A stretch of DNA of 63,946 nt, filler included, from Klebsormidium nitens (GCA_000708835.1; 7 parts of 7 records of this genome joined end to end with filler, not necessarily neighbours in it); one strand, 5' to 3'; positions 38,136 to 51,418 are shown, counted from the whole stretch's first letter. The notes: a model not told the origin generated them from the letters alone. Program-made: numbers and translations.

Positions 38136-39679
38136 TCCCTGGATGCAGGAGAGCCCGCAACTGAACCAAGCAAGGTCATGGCGAGAAGAGTTTCCAAGGA
38201 CAACAGATGTCTAGGCCCTAGGCCCCGAGGCTGAGGAGACGCGCTGCAATCTGCAAACGTGAGAACCGCCCAGCTGAACATGCGGGAAAATTTGCCGTTG
38301 TGGCGAGCCCATTTTTGACAGCCCTAACTTGAGCAGTCTGGCCCGGACTTTTCGCAAAACTTGGGTAATGAAGAGCGGTTTCGCAAGTGCCGTCTAAACC
38401 GCCGGTTTTGCGACGGCGGCCCTGATGCGGGCTGATAAGTGCTGGCCGGCCTGTTTCCACTCGTTCGAAACGAAGAAACGTCATCAGGCTGGAAGATCGC
38501 GAGCCACCGTTTGGCAAACCCAATTTTGAACCCATCAAAATGCTCCAGATGACATCCTGTTCGCCAGCAAGCCAAATGAAGTTCGGTATTAAGTTTGGGC
38601 CACTCACAGGACGCCACGTCATCCCCCTGGAAACTCAAATGTCTGATGTTGTGCGGGACGGTCGTACCGAGGGTCGAAACCTGAAGTCGGAGCCGGTACG
38701 GACCCAAGTGGTACCAATCCGTTTACCGGGCACTTGGAAGCAATGTACCCTAAGAAGGTTACTTAGGGAGAAAATATTTTCTTCTCCAAAATGTCAATTA
38801 CAAAGTACAATGGCCTTATATACATACATATTGGCAATTGGATCCTTTTCCCCCTCGGAAAAGGGGCGATTCTGGGCGATTCTGGCCGTCCAGATAAGCC
38901 TGAACTTCATTTGGTAGGCCCCTGTTTCGCGTGTCTTGTCTATCCAATCCCAACAGAGAGCCAAGGTGCCAGCTAATGATGCAGCTCGGCCCGTATCGGT
39001 ATCGACGGTCTTCTGTCATCCCATCGAAAGACGCGTTCGCCATACACCGTCCGATCACACTCTAGTTTCAGTGACCCGTCGATCCCAAGGAGCAATAATC
39101 GACGGCTCTAAAAGCCACTCCTGGGCTGTCCCCCGGGCACCCTCCCCCGACCGCTGCGGGGCCCAATTATCTAGAATAGTTCTCGCGATTCTAAGGTCCA
39201 ACAATTCAGTGCCCTCTGATCATGCCGTTGCCAAAGCATTCTAAAGAGAATCAGTCCTTTCGTATTAGAACCGGGCCTACGGTTACTGATTCTCAATGCT
39301 AGCCTAAGTCCAAGGTCAGAATATTTTTGCTATTAAGATTGGCCTGGAAACAATCGCAAGGTTGACACTGAGTCTCGCCCAGTGTCCCGGAGCGAGAGGC
39401 CAGCGTCTCTGCTACCGGGGTCGCGCTGCTTGGTGCAGGCTCCAGGTTCCCAAGAGTGTCAATCTTACGTGCAATCCCCGAGCACCTCAGTGCTCCCTAC
39501 GACAGGTTACACTGTCGTAGCAGCCCCATGCCTTTGATGGGTACGGGCTTATGAGAAGAGAACATGCATCAAGCGCTACCCAGCGCCTCATCTCTTTCCA
39601 ACGCCCTCGCTTGCTTGTCTTGATGGTGCTCGCCCGCACTGGGCTGCGCCGCCTGCCTGCTCCCCTGCTGTGCGGAGTC

Positions 39680-42600
39680 ATGGCGCTGCACGCCTCCTCC
39701 TTGGCGGCACGCCCAGCTCTACTTCCATCAGCTGTTGCTGCGAGCCCGGTGCATGCATGCAGCTCTGCTCGCCAGTGCTGCTGGCAACCTGTTGGCTTCC
39801 TGACACAGCCTGCACTGCCTCAGGTGAAGCTGCGCTCCTTGTAGCATTGAAACCCACTGGTCAGGAAGTTTCAGCCAGCTGCCAGTGAAGTCCTCGCAGT
39901 GTTCTGGCCTCAGCATTGATTGGTTTGGGAACTCAGAGAACGACCACCAATCAACATTGAATTGACACGCTGCGCTGTGAAACTCAAAGGCACCCCGTTG
40001 CAACCAGATAATTCCCCAAAATGTACAATCAGCAGCCCTCGATCTGCATATCCATGCTTTGGTGGAGCTACGGCGTCACATTTCAGCTCTGTTTCTGACC
40101 ACAAATTGTATGCAGCAAAGTCCTCGTCCTGGTGTGCAGGCCCCCCTGTGTTTGGCCCATGCTGCCCCCCACTCTGCAGGCCCTGGCTTGAGAGACACCA
40201 AGCTGTCCCCCCGCCTGGGCAACAGCTTGTGGGGCGCCAGGATGCAGGCTGGCAGCAGTGGCGGCGCGCACGCTGTGCGGCGCAGCAGTGGGGCCAGCGC
40301 GTCCACCAGCACCGCGCAGCTCAGCATTGAGCTGGTAAGGCCACGCAACCGACAAAGATGTCGTATGGCCAATCGATCCCCAGGTGGGATGGACGCTGGT
40401 CCAATTGCAGGAAAGTTGAAAGAACCACCCCGTTGGTGGTTTGTGCGAACTGGCGTCTCTCTCCAGATACAAGCATATTCCCCTCAAAGAGGTAGCGGTG
40501 TCACATTGCTATTGCCAGGGGCCCCAACGACTCTGGTCACCCTGACAAGTATGTTGCCGAGGCGGGCTGCATTGGTTCAAACACTCCCTTTCTGGTAGAG
40601 GCAACATCAAGGAAGTTGGCTGAGCGGTGGTGACGCCTTGGTTAAAGATTTTTTTGTAGTCCCACACTCTTGAGAGATCAGTAGCGATGAAAGTGCGTTG
40701 TGTCATGCTTGGGTGTCCAATTCACAATTGTCGCCCCAGGCAGGCTGTTCTAAATCACACGTCACAAAGAGTAGGAGATCTGGGGCCTCTTTGCCTCATC
40801 AATCTTTTGCCCCCCTGACCGGCGCCACCGTTCTGAAGCCCCTTCCTCTGTTAAGTAAGAGTAACGAGATGACCAGCCACTTCGCAAGCAGTCAGCCATG
40901 TTCCAGTTAGTCTATTGCGCTGCACAAGAGACGGCATTCAACACCTTTTGGATAGCCTCCGATCAAGCTTATCAAGAAAGTCGAAGAGGTCACTTGTGTT
41001 CCAAGGTGCTGCCGCTCCTTTCTCTGTTGTTCAGGAGCCACCTATCAGGGCCAGTAGGAGAGGTTGACAAGCTGGCTTTTGATCCTTCCTTGCGAACTTC
41101 CTTGCAGACATTCTCGCCCACGTTCCCCTGCTTTGGCAGGTACCGTGTCTGTCGGACAACTACGCCTACTTGTTGCACGACGCGGCCGCGGGCGTGACTG
41201 CGGTGGTGGACCCCTCGGAGGCCGCGCCGGTGCGGGCGGCCCTGCGTGCGCGGCAGCTGCAGCTGACGCACATCCTCAACACGCACCACCACTGGTGAGG
41301 CGCCCCCCACGGCAGGGCCAGCTGCCTGGACCAGCTCTTGCCTCACCATTCTGCTCCTCCTGGTGAAGTCACGAAGGGTTGGAAGACGGGTGAAAGAGAT
41401 TTCGAAGAAGTAGGCGGTGTTCAGAACAGGGGAACAGGGCCCGGCGAAAAGAGCAAGGTTTGTCAGCTCTGGAAGCGAGCTGTCCAACCATTTCGATGAG
41501 CCGCTAGAGATAAGGCCACGGAGTCTCGTTCAGAAAGAAGTCTTATATTCAAGATGAGAGTGACCATTCCGATGGCCTATGAGACCTTCCAACACACAGC
41601 TCAGCTTGACGCGTTTTACTCTGTGCAGGGACCACACGGGGGGGAACCTGGAACTGAAAAAGGAGTTTGGGGCACAGGTGAGTTTACAGCCCGCTGCTTG
41701 ACAAAGCGCTTCTTGATCCAGTTAATGGCGAATTTTCAAGCCGCAACTTGCCCGCTTCAATGTGGGTGCCACGATATGAGCTCGGTTCAAACATCGTCTT
41801 CAAGAGGATCAAGCTATTCCTCTGTTACTTTAGTTCGACCTACAGCGGTTGAATCAAGGCCGAAGCGTCGAGTTTGCCGCTGCCGATTGCTTGCTTTGTC
41901 AGAACCGTTCGTATCAAAAGTGTGCAGCCGCCAAGGTACTTTCGCTGTGGATTCTAGGGTCAATCGTGTCCTGTTTCGACCTCCCAGGTTGTGGGACCTG
42001 CAGCAGACAAGCAGCGGATACCAGGGATCGACGTAGCGCTAGCAGAGGGGGACACGTGGCAATTTGGCGGGCACGAGATGCACGTCTTCGACACGCCTGG
42101 TCACACTCGAGGTGCGCCAGCGTCGGCCCTGCGTCAGGCATCCGCTCAGTGCACAAAAGCTTGCTTTGGCAGAATCAATAAACTGCTCCTTCAAAGGGCT
42201 GTTCTGGTTTTGCAAACATTTGCAGCATGTCTGTTCTGACGCACAGTACTGGAGGCTGTGATAGGCCTGTGTGTGGCAGTAGGTGGTCAGTGCGCCGTCG
42301 TCCTGGCCCGTTGAAGGCCAATCTCAACTTGCTCTGGAGTTCTATTTGTCTTCGCTTGATGGACCGGAGCCGAGAAGAAAGGCAGGTCGCATCGGCTGTT
42401 GCTCGAAACGCCCTCTCCCATTGCTTGACGCCAGCTCGTGTCTTTGCTGTGGCCCAGGGCACGTCAGCTTCTACTTCCCAGGCAGCGAGGCCCTGTTCAC
42501 GGGCGACACGCTCTTCAGCCTGGGCTGCGGCAAGCTGTTCGAGGGCACGCCCCAGCAGGTCACCGGGGCCCCCTTCTCTCCTCCGACCGCACTGGCTATC

Positions 42601-44127
42601 AGGGCTCCTACGCCTTTCTTGAGGAGGACCCGCCATAACGAAACCTGATGCAAGATGCAGGAGTCACGTGTCGTCTGTCCTCGGTGATTCTGGCGATCTT
42701 GACGATCTAGAATTTCAGAACGATTTGCAATTGGTCGAAAGGCAGGTTCGAGTTGCTTGCTGCACTGATCCTGGCAGACCGCCGAAGTCACTTCTCCCAG
42801 CGGCCAGACGTTCCCCGGGCCGCCGCTCATTGTTGTTGCATTGCGGCTGCAGATGTGGGCGAGCCTGTCCAAGCTGGCGGCGCTGCCGGCGGCCACCAGG
42901 GTCTACTGCGGGTGAGCGCGACGCAGCTGCGGGAAACCGCGCCCTTGAGAGGTGCCGGATTGTCTTCAAATCATGGAAGGGGTTTCAGCTGTTCAATTCT
43001 CGGGCCCAGACTCTATGTGTCTGAAAACTGTCGGCCCTCAAAATCTATCTTGTGGCCGACTCCACGATTGGCAGCCTCGGTTCGCGTTTCAGATGTGCTC
43101 TGATCCCTCGGAAATCTAGGATGCACACCGTTGTTTCTACTGTGCCGGGATCGAAGTCAGGCAGGGGTCTGTCAATAGACCCGAGGATCAGCGGGGGGTA
43201 CTTGCTGCCAAATTTCCGTTGCTCACTTTCATATGCAGACCTTTTAAGTGGCTCCCCGGTCAACCTGATTGCAGCTGCGGTTTTCGTCAACGTCTCTTTA
43301 GAAGCCTCCCTGTAACTGTAGCCAGTGTTTGGCCACATTATCTCCCTGGTAAAGGCGGCAGATTTTCCCTTCAGAAGCGAACACGTGTCACGGCTTCGGC
43401 GATAAAGGACCGGCTTTGCTGACTGTGGGGCCCTGTTGTGGGTGCAGGCACGAGTACACGCAGTCCAATGCGCGGTTTGCGTGGGCAGTCGAGAGTGGCA
43501 ACGAGCGGCTCGCGCAGCGGAGCGACGAGATCGCGCGGCTCCGGAGTGAACGGAAGCCCACGGTGAGGTGCTTTACGTAGTCAGCATGCCACGGCAGCAG
43601 CGCAGCCCGGCCTTGCCTGGCTGCTGGCTGTGCGCTTGCATTTGAGTGGCCGTTGTTGGCTGCAGATTAGCGAAGCGACAATTTTTCTGTCAGCGGCATA
43701 GGTCGATCTCCTTGCCCTGCACACTTGGTGCTGCTTCTATGCCTCATGTGCACTCTAATGGTTGCCAGTGGGGGGTCCGGTCCTGCGAGCGGCTTCAAAG
43801 CGAAGTAGTGCTTGGAGAACGAGCAGGACCGACAGTTCCCTAAAACCGCGTGCACGGATCTGTGGAGAAGTTACATTCTGCTGAAACACTCTCCTTTTTT
43901 CGGCTTCAATCAATCTCAGAGTAAGAGACAGTTTTGTCGAAGGTGGTCTGACGGGTCCCGTGGTCCCCTCTTCTGTGCAGATCCCGACGACTCTGGGCCT
44001 TGAGTTGGCCACCAATCCGTTCCTCCGGCCCTCCAGCCAGGAGATCCGAGAGGCGGTCCGAGCCAAGCCGGATGCGTCCGACGCTGAAGTCTTTGCTGCT
44101 ATCCGGCGCAAAAAGGATTCGTTCTAG
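39680..44127 (+). CDS. GLX2: Hydroxyacylglutathione hydrolase (glyoxalase II), organellar, 9 exons
   Basis: Exons 39680-39823, 40140-40334, 41140-41294, 41629-41677, 41988-42111, 42458-42558, 42853-42911, 43448-43562 and 43981-44127. Motifs DNYAYL, THHHWDHTGG, TPGHTRGH, FTGDTLF..GCG, YCGHEYT and TNPFLR. Confidence 0.95.
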
Positions 44128-45791
44128 TTCTGGTCTAAAGTCGCAAGCACTTTGAAAAACGCTGGACACGTGCATCGTGTCAGATCCACCGGTGTGGCAT
44201 GACCCCTCCCGGTAACAGTCCCGGTAGAAGAGCAACAAAAGTACTTGGAGACAAGGAGCGCGTAGGAAAAAGCTCATAAGTCCACGAATGAAACGGTACA
44301 ACCAACAGGATTGTAACTATCAGTCTTAGTTGCACGCTACAACCGATTCTGGAAAGAATTCCAGTCTGCAATCGACACTGTTGTCCTATTGAAAGGAGTT
44401 GGATCCCTGCTCTTCCACTGTACACAAACGGAGTGGCTGGCTCGAATTGTTACTTTCAAACTCGATGCTTTACCTTTCGTGGATGATCTTTCCCATAGAG
44501 CCTTCTTGAACCGACTCCCGACAAGCTAACGGTCTAACGGTTTCTCCGAGCCGGCCCACTCTCTTCTGACGGCCAAGACGGGATGCCGCGGGCCCGGCGG
44601 GGCGCCAGAAGGTGACCAGCCGTCGACTTCCGGCAAAATTCGTCCATGCAGAACCCAAGACCTCCCTACGGTACCTGGAACAGAAGGTGAGTACGCACCG
44701 TGCACAGCAACTTACGGTTGCCGCCATGCCGGTGACTCGCGAGTCTGGTTAAGCGGCCGCCGCCTTTGGACAAGGTCGGCATATGACTCATACGGGTTTG
44801 TATCTTGAGGGCTCAAAACTGGGTACTCCGCCTTTCATATGATCGGCCTATTAAAGGAAGTACCGTAGGGCTTCCTAGCTGCTTTACGTTTACCTAGGTA
44901 CGTACACGTCTTTAGCTTCGGGCCAGCCCGGAGCCGTACTGTATATGCCCTCTCGTAAGTTGTAACAGGCCGCCGCTTTCAACCGGGTACTTCTGGTTCA
45001 GTCGGATCTGCATACGGAGAGTTTTGGTTCGCCCCGCTCTGAGCGGTGGCCGACTTTCGCGCCGGACCGTACGGTCACTGGCGGTCCCACGGTCGGTTCC
45101 TTTTGCGGACCTCTCGATCCAATCATTATCTGACAACACCGGGCACCTGTGCCCCAAATCAAATCCAGCATTGAGTCGGGGGATGTCGTGCTATGTCGTG
45201 CGATGAAATGCGCATACCCGCGAATCTGAGCACTCCCGCAAAGGTGGTCGGGGCATTGCGTGCGTACGGCCGCTCACCAATCTTCTTGGCGGCTTCCATG
45301 TGGCATCTGTTTGCGGGAGTCCGCGATCAATGCAGCTGAAGTATTCGTTGCTATACCGTCGGCGTAGGTAGTACAATCAAAGGGAGCGGCTGGTCAACCT
45401 CCAGTCGCATCCGGAGGTGACGGCCGGAGCGATTGCAGGTACCGTACCATTAAGTGCAAAGGCTTGTTCGAAAGGGATTGCTTCTCGAACGGCCGGTTCA
45501 GGGGAAACGTCTCAGGCTATCTTTCTGTTTCTGTTTGCCTTTTCACGTCTAGCATCTCTGGATTCGTCACCATTGTCCCATTGAAAAAGAATACGTTGGA
45601 GGGGACTCCCATGGCTGCCGTGAAGGCAGCCCAACCTTCCCCTGGTATGTACTGCAGTCCTTGTTGACTTGTGTTGAGTGGCTTAGCTGAGCTCCGGGCA
45701 TCAGTCAGACCATTACTTCGGTGCAGAACGCTGGAGAAGCGGCACTGTGCAGCCTTGCAAATCCAGCGGGTAGCAACCATCAGCTGCCATG

Positions 45792-45859
45792 AGGGTTTTA
45801 GGGTTTTAGGGTTTTAGGGTTTTAGGGTTTTAGGGTTTTAGGGTTTTAGGGTTTTAGGG
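45792..45859 (+). repeat. Telomeric repeat (TTTTAGGG)8 at the end of contig 2
   Basis: AGGG followed by 8 perfect TTTTAGGG units (45796-45859) running into the spacer; the G-rich strand points toward the contig end. Confidence 0.95.
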
Positions 45860-45959
45860 NNNNNNNNNNNNNNNNNNNNNNNNNNNNNNNNNNNNNNNNN
45901 NNNTTAATTAATTAANNNNNNNNNNNNNNNNNNNNNNNNNNNNNNNNNNNNNNNNNNNN
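45860..45959. other. Artificial contig spacer
   Basis: N44-TTAATTAATTAA-N44. Confidence 0.98.
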
Positions 45960-45980
45960 CATCTGACTTTTTTTTTGACG

Positions 45981-46087
45981 CCGTCGACGGATTCCGTCGA
46001 TTTGGCAAATTTGCAATCGACGGACCGTCGACGGAGCACCGACGGCGTCGACGGAAAGTTCCGGGGTGCCCAACTTCCCGTCGACGG
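45981..46087. repeat. Cluster of palindromic CCGTCGACGG motifs
   Basis: Perfect copies at 45981, 46025 and 46078; near-copies at 45994, 46017, 46039 and 46045. Confidence 0.85.
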
Positions 46088-46232
46088 AGCAAAAATTTGA
46101 CGGAACTCCGTTAGTGGCACTGCCGCGCGCGGCGCCAGTACTTGCGGCCGCGGCAGCACTGCCGCGCCAGCACCATGTGCACAGCAATGCCGCGCCAGTT
46201 CCACAACCAGATCTACTCGTTGGCCAAGTGGC

Positions 46233-47969
46233 ATGGCCGCCCCAGCGGAGAACCAGCAGAATGCTGCATCCCAGCAAATGCAAGACCCAATTGTGCAGGT
46301 CCAAGAGCCAGATCAGGGTAAAGATTCCCAGTCTGTGGCGTCAAACTTGGATGGAGCTGCCAATGCGGCCAAAGGCAAAAGGAAGAGGGTTGCAAAAGGG
46401 AAAAAAAATGTAGGTGAAGAAGGCAATCAGGAGCCTGCTTTCAAGTGGACCGACAATGGCATTGAAGCTTTGATTGACGCCTGGGGACGGAGGTATGCAC
46501 GTCTGAAAGGTGGAAACTTTACAGTCCACCATTGGGGGGGCGTTGCTGAAGATGTGAGTGCCTTAAGCGATTGTCAGGTCACAGCCCAGCAATGCCAAGA
46601 CAAGCTGGACGCACTCAAAAGGAAACACAAGAAAGCAAAAGAGGATAAGGGGAAAACAGGGTCCGACGGGAAGGTGGCCAAAGGGTGGAAGTGGTTTGAT
46701 CCTATGGACGACGTGATCGCAGGTCGGGCAAAGTCTGCGGGTGTCCCCGGTGCTGTGGATGCAGGCGTGCCAAAAGTCCACGCGGAGAAAGTGCAGATCA
46801 ACTCGGACGATGAGGGGGACCAGGAGGAAGAGAACGGGGAAGACATCCCGGAGAGAGTGCGCTCCGGCGAGCCGGAGCAGGATGATTGGGAGGCAGAAGA
46901 TGAGCGTCCGCAGAAGGATGGACCAGAGGCAAATGCAAAGGGCAAAGTCTCCGCTGGCAGGACCGCAGGGCGCAAGAGCAGTTTTGGCAAAGAGGAGGGC
47001 TCCGTATCAAGCCCCCGCAGCAAAGCAGCCAGTCTGCCTGGCGTGTCGGGGCAGCCTGTGGGCGGAACTGGCGGGAGGAAAGGACGCAAGTCAGGTGATG
47101 GGAGCCCACTTGGGAAGCTAGCTGGAGTGATGGGCAAGTTCACCGACGCAATGACACAGATCGAGCAAAGCCGGGGAGCAAGAGAGGAGAAGCGGCACCT
47201 GGATACGTTGNNNNNNNNNNNNNNNNNNNNNNNNNNNNNNNNNNNNNNNNNNNNNNNNNNNNNNNNNNNNNNNNNNNNNNNNNNNNNNNNNNNNNNNNNN
47301 NNNNNNNNNNNNNNNNNNNNNNNNNNNNNNNNNNNNNNNNNNNNNNNNNNNNNNNNNNNNNNNNNNNNNNNNNNNNNNNNNNNNNNNNNNNNNNNNNNNN
47401 NNNNNNNNNNNNNNNNNNNNNNNNNNNNNNNNNNNNNNNNNNNNNNNNNNNNNNNNNNNNNNNNNNNNNNNNNNNNNNNNNNNNNNNNNNNNNNNNNNNN
47501 NNNNNNNNNNNNNNNNNNNNNNNNNNNNNNNNNNNNNNNNNNNNNNNNNNNNNNNNNNNNNNNNNNNNNNNNNNNNNNNNNNNNNNNNNNNNNNNNNNNN
47601 NNNNNNNNNNNNNNNNNNNNNNNNNNNNNNNNNNNNNNNNNNNNNNNNNNNNNNNNNNNNNNNNNNNNNNNNNNNNNNNNNNNNNNNNNNNNNNNNNNNN
47701 NNNNNNNNNNNNNNNNNNNNNNNNNNNNNNNNNNNNNNNNNNNNNNNNNNNNNNNNNNNNNNNNNNNNNNNNNNNNNNNNNNNNNNNNNNNNNNNNNNNN
47801 NNNNNNNNNNNNNNNNNNNNNNNNNNNNNNNNNNNNNNNNNNNNNNNNNNNNNNNNNNNNNNNNNNNGAGTTCCAGCGGCAGAATCTGAGCTTCCAGCAA
47901 CAAGTGGCTTTGCAGACGCTGCAGCATCAAAAGACAATGGCTGAGATTGCTGCAAGGGCTGCAGCTTAG
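46233..47969 (+). CDS. Myb/SANT-like (trihelix-type) DNA-binding protein, PIF/Harbinger ORF1-like; interrupted by assembly gap 47211-47867
   Basis: KWTDNGIEALIDAW...HHWGGVAEDV...TAQQCQDKLDALKRKHKK...WKWFDPMDDV, followed by acidic and coiled-coil regions. Confidence 0.75.
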   Translation: MAAPAENQQNAASQQMQDPIVQVQEPDQGKDSQSVASNLDGAANAAKGKRKRVAKGKKNVGEEGNQEPAFKWTDNGIEALIDAWGRRYARLKGGNFTVHHWGGVAEDVSALSDCQVTAQQCQDKLDALKRKHKKAKEDKGKTGSDGKVAKGWKWFDPMDDVIAGRAKSAGVPGAVDAGVPKVHAEKVQINSDDEGDQEEENGEDIPERVRSGEPEQDDWEAEDERPQKDGPEANAKGKVSAGRTAGRKSSFGKEEGSVSSPRSKAASLPGVSGQPVGGTGGRKGRKSGDGSPLGKLAGVMGKFTDAMTQIEQSRGAREEKRHLDTLXXXXXXXXXXXXXXXXXXXXXXXXXXXXXXXXXXXXXXXXXXXXXXXXXXXXXXXXXXXXXXXXXXXXXXXXXXXXXXXXXXXXXXXXXXXXXXXXXXXXXXXXXXXXXXXXXXXXXXXXXXXXXXXXXXXXXXXXXXXXXXXXXXXXXXXXXXXXXXXXXXXXXXXXXXXXXXXXXXXXXXXXXXXXXXXXXXXXXXXXXXXXXXXXXXXXXXXXXXXEFQRQNLSFQQQVALQTLQHQKTMAEIAARAAA

Positions 47970-49992
47970 TAAGTGGAAGCTTTCCTTGGGGACTTGCCTG
48001 CGTTGCAATTCGTTGGTTAAAGTGGTACCTGTCATGTGGAGAAAATGTTGAAGGTTTCCATTGCGCTGATCTGATGTTCACAACCCCGCGCTCTTTGGAT
48101 TCAGAGCTTTCTACTATTCCACTTCGCGCTGACTGATCGAGGCATTTCGAATTGTTCATCTTGATCTTGATCAGACTAAAAACTTGGTGCTTCAATCAGA
48201 TTGAGATTAAGCATCTTTCTGAGATGAGTTTGAACTTTGTGAGCCTGGGTTTCTTGACCTTTTTGAAGGGTTTTTATGTGTTGCTTTTGCAAACAGCCAA
48301 ACAGTACTGACTGGGGGCTTACCTGTACAAAACCCGTGTGACGTTGCTTGTAACGTCAAGGTCTCTGAAGGGTGTTACATAAACAACCGTCCTGGATGTT
48401 TTACATTGAGACTTCAGGAGCAACCGGACCACACACTAAAGAAAGACTTGCAAAGGAAAGTCTCTATGTGCACTTGAGTTTCTGTTCAAGCTAACTCAGA
48501 TCTTAAGAACTTCCTTTCGGCTTTCTTTCTCAAAGCTCCTCACAAGATCGTCCATTTGTAGCAACACAGGCTACTTTCCGCCAACCGCCCCTGCGCCGCG
48601 GCCATTCAACGCCCCTTTAGGGGGTTTGAACCAGTTCCAGGCTGCGGGGTCTGTGCCCCCGGCATCCAGCACCGGGCCCTTAGGGAGCAACCCCGCCCCC
48701 CCGCCGTCCTTCAATGACGCCGCTACTGATGAGCATGCAACGAGCATGGGTCCTGGCGCTGCTGATGAGCCTGCAGCAGATGCTACTTGAACCAGGATTT
48801 GTGAGCATGACTAGTGAGCAAGACCTTCAGGCCTTTTGAGGGTCCACAAGTCAGGTCGAGTGGTGTGTTGTTATTCTCTTCCACCATCAAAATATGCTCG
48901 AGCCGTCCCCCGGCAAGTTGCTCGACTGTCTTTGGAACTCTCTTTTAGTATTTCATGTTTTGACTCCTTATTCTTGAGATCGTTTTCTTCAAATCTAGTC
49001 ATCCAGTGTGGATGCTTGACTGGACCATGAGCTCGGGTATTGAGGGTGCAACTCTAATTGACAAAGGTGCCACTTCGTTTTGCAGAGATATCAGTTGTCC
49101 ACTGTTCATAGTCGAGACGACCAGTCACTACAGAAGTTGCGCCCACCTGAACTTAGTATCTTATTTAAGCAGTCTTTATTCCGTGTAGGCAGTGCGATCA
49201 ATTTCATAGAGTTGTAATGTATCTGCAACTCAGTAACATTCCACACCATGTTATCAAGGCTACTGTAGTTTCAAACTTGTCGTTACTTGTATGATTGCTT
49301 GCGTGATACATGCACACATGCCATACGTACTTCTTAGATTGCAAAGGCCCGGCCGCCATGTACTATTACTTTACTTTCAAGATTCGATGGTTGCATACAT
49401 ATGCACGAATGCTTTGCATCGAATTAGTTAATCACGTTCACACTATAACCGTTCTTCAATAGGATGTATATTCCGAATGTTTATATGCTTAAAGCAATGC
49501 ACAGGGAGTGTATACAATACTGGATAAGTTTTATCACTGTGGCTATGAACAATCCGGCTTTGTGCTATATTGATAGCATTCAACAAACCATATCATCCAC
49601 CATTGGCAGTCAGATTTGGAATACAAGAATTCAGTCCTGTTTGCAAAGCTCGAAGTCTACATAGCCATGCGTCAGACGGCACTTTTTTGGGATCCTCGTG
49701 ACTAATACATAATCTGATTCCTACTAGCTTGTATACATAGAGTTGGTCTTCTCCACCACCGAGTATAAAACTTACGATGCATGATATCTGCATACATGTG
49801 TGCAAGCAAAAGAGTTCCACGTATACAGCCTGTGTATGTGGTACGAGTAATTACAATTTTGATTAGTTGCTCATCCGACGTGGCCCCGGGTGCATGGACA
49901 AGAATCTTCTCAAGACGTGTAATATGTTGGAGCCCACTTGCCGGCATTCGAATAGCAGGTGCGTAGACAAAGCAAGTTATATACAAGCACAA

Positions 49993-50092
49993 NNNNNNNN
50001 NNNNNNNNNNNNNNNNNNNNNNNNNNNNNNNNNNNNTTAATTAATTAANNNNNNNNNNNNNNNNNNNNNNNNNNNNNNNNNNNNNNNNNNNN
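49993..50092. other. Artificial contig spacer
   Basis: N44-TTAATTAATTAA-N44. Confidence 0.98.
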
Positions 50093-51418
50093 CTAGCAGA
50101 GCAGGAACAGGGGATCCGCAGCAGCACAGCTCTAGGGGCTAGTGCGCTGTTGTGTAAGCACTAAGACATTCTGTGTGGCTTTAAGGCAGGACGCCTTGTG
50201 ATATCTCAGGTATTGTTGCCCCCTCATTGCATGAGTGCTGTGTGACTACTGTCTCTACGCACAGTCTCCGCAGGAAGAATCCTCATGGCCATGATCAGGG
50301 AACTACCCTTATGATGGTATGACATGAGATGTGCCTCCCCGAGCACAAGTTTGTAAGTGCATTGCTTGTGTGAGTGATTGGATGAATGAATGATGAATGA
50401 AAGCTTCGCATATGAACTTGCAGCCTAAAAGTTGCTAAGAGCAAGTGGTATGGGACACTTGTGCATTTTCTGAGAGCTACTAGGTTCCGGAGAGCTGTGG
50501 TCTGAAAGGCACGCTACGTATACAAATTCCGCTGCGCAGGCGACTTGCTGCCGCTGAGCGCGCAGGCCTTAAGCTGGCCGCGTCGCTCCGCGCGCGCTAG
50601 TGCGCCGAAACTCGATCGCCCCTGCCACGTGGCACCTAAACCCCGAGAGTGGGCAGTGGCCAGAGAGGGGTGTTCTCTGGTATCAAAGGGAAAACAGGTC
50701 CTTTGTGAAAGAAGACCACTGAAAAGGTGCTCCCCTATTTCCCTGAGCTCCACTACAAGCTCCGGAGAAGGCTGAGCCCTTACAAAGAAACTGCAGGAAA
50801 GTTGCAACGAAGAGTGCAACCACAACAATCTTATCTGTGCAAGTGAATTTTACCTGGGGTACCGGAAGTTGAAACTCCTGGAGAGCCCCTTCGAACGGAA
50901 GGGTGCACCTAGAAGTACTCTCCCCGAAGAGAGAGACAGGAGAAAAGGGTCAGCTAGCCCCCTCCCGCAGAGAAAGTCTGCGGTAGAAGGAAAAAGCCAC
51001 CAGAAAATCGAAAGGTCAGTGAACGAGCCTCCGCAAAACTTCGTTTGCACCACGGGAAGAAGGCTGTTTGTGAGTGTTGAATTGTCTCTGCAGGTCTCGC
51101 CCCCAAGGTCACAGGACAGAGCTGCTCCGGAATTGAAGTGTGTTTCGTGAAGTCCCCAGAGAGGGTCACGAAGAAGAGCTGATTCACGGGAGTGAAGTGC
51201 CGCCAAGTGCACGCCTGGCCAAGAATGCAGGAAGGAGCTGACTACTCAACTCGAAGTGCCTCCGTCATCTGACGAAGTGAGAGCGGAATTGGGCTGACCA
51301 TAGCCAAGCTGAGCAGCAGGAGGCTGGCTCCGCAAGTTACGGAGAACATGACCCCGCACGAGGGAGTGCCGGACATGAGCGAAAGTCTGATTGGAATCAG
51401 AACTCGCAGAGGGACTTT

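Noticed and set aside
44470-44727. Subtelomeric gene starting ATGGCGGCAACC|gtaagt
   Set aside because: The next acceptor leads straight to an in-frame TAG and no family is recognisable.
45908-48195. Long ORFs containing X runs (e.g. 47118-48035, 47140-48195, 45908-46234)
   Set aside because: They are artefacts of translating through N gaps; only the 46233 Myb/SANT frame has support.
48300-48810. Harbinger transposase on the minus strand downstream of the Myb gene
   Set aside because: No DDE motifs in any frame; the segment reads better as a Pro-rich plus-strand tail or non-coding DNA.
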